Assembly: GCF_018977255.1 (NCBI RefSeq)
Contig: NW_024704743.1
Span: 109,184,001 to 109,248,000 of the forward strand
Length of the DNA stretch: 64,000 nucleotides
Source of the DNA: Callorhinchus milii
Taxonomy: Eukaryota
Reading direction: 5' to 3'
The notes under the pieces were generated by a model that saw only the letters and a program-made list of their open reading frames with translations, ran no database searches and was not told the origin of the DNA. Shown here piece by piece: positions 63,621 to 64,000 of this stretch (the stretch's first letter is position 1; every line of letters starts with the position of its first letter). Both the position numbers and the translations under genes were made by a program.

Positions 63621-63920
63621 ACAACAACAACGACGACGAAATGACATTTGTAGAGCGCCTTTCACGTCGGGAGGATGTCCCAAGGTGCTGGACGGTCAAG
63701 GGATTCGGACCCGAGGGATCGGGGAGGGTGGAGTCCGAGGGAGAGGGTCGGGGGGGGGGGGGAAGGAGGGCGATCGAAAGCACAATCGAAGAGGAGGGTC
63801 TCGAGACGGGTCTCGACGGAGAGTGGGGGTGGGGGGGGGATGCGAGGCGGAGGGTCTGCGAGACGGAGTGCCGGAGGGTGGGGGGGGGCAGAAGGCTCGC
63901 CCGCCAACGGTGGGGGCGAG
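63621..63920 (-). mobile_element. L2 3' end, unusually CpG-rich, nested in a SINE
   Basis: Tail caacaacaacgacgacg; RLETLLFDCAF peptide; host SINE sequence on both sides. Confidence 0.85.
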
Positions 63921-64000
63921 TGAAGTGGAGTGACTGTGTATTTTGTGAACAAAATTTTTTTTTGTGTGTGATGGGGGGGGTGGGGGGGGTGTGGTGATGG

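Noticed and set aside
63290..63997. 235-aa plus-strand ORF
   Set aside because: It runs antisense through SINE and L2 fragments in GC-rich DNA and gives a low-complexity peptide; a chance ORF
1..64000. CRISPR array, operon or other prokaryotic defence system
   Set aside because: The repeats are dispersed, variably oriented retro-element tails with no repeat-spacer periodicity; coding density and splice signals indicate vertebrate DNA

Overview
Eukaryotic, repeat-rich vertebrate DNA. There are no operons, CRISPR arrays or rRNA. The repeat complement (L2-clade LINEs with (TTG)n tails, a tRNA-Ala-derived SINE carrying the same L2 tail, older Deu-domain SINEs resembling SacSINE1 as I recall it, CR1, and a Penelope-like element) suggests a cartilaginous fish, possibly a holocephalan; this is inference from remembered consensus sequences. 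Almost every ORF in the supplied track is a TE fragment or a chance ORF. Between the repeats, a chain of largely phase-compatible minus-strand exons (about 13.2 kb down to a stop at 2160) outlines the 3' part of a gene I cannot name. It includes a tandemly duplicated 60/63-nt exon pair and an intervening 261-nt exon-like segment with one in-frame stop. Other points of interest: a LINE/SINE 3' stem-loop with a compensatory base change, three separate insertions at the same position of SINE targets, a modular SINE with long and short forms, a decayed hammerhead motif at the Penelope terminus, a cluster of nuclear-receptor half-sites near 31-32 kb, and CpG-rich TE copies at the right edge. All alignments were made by eye and TE boundaries are approximate.
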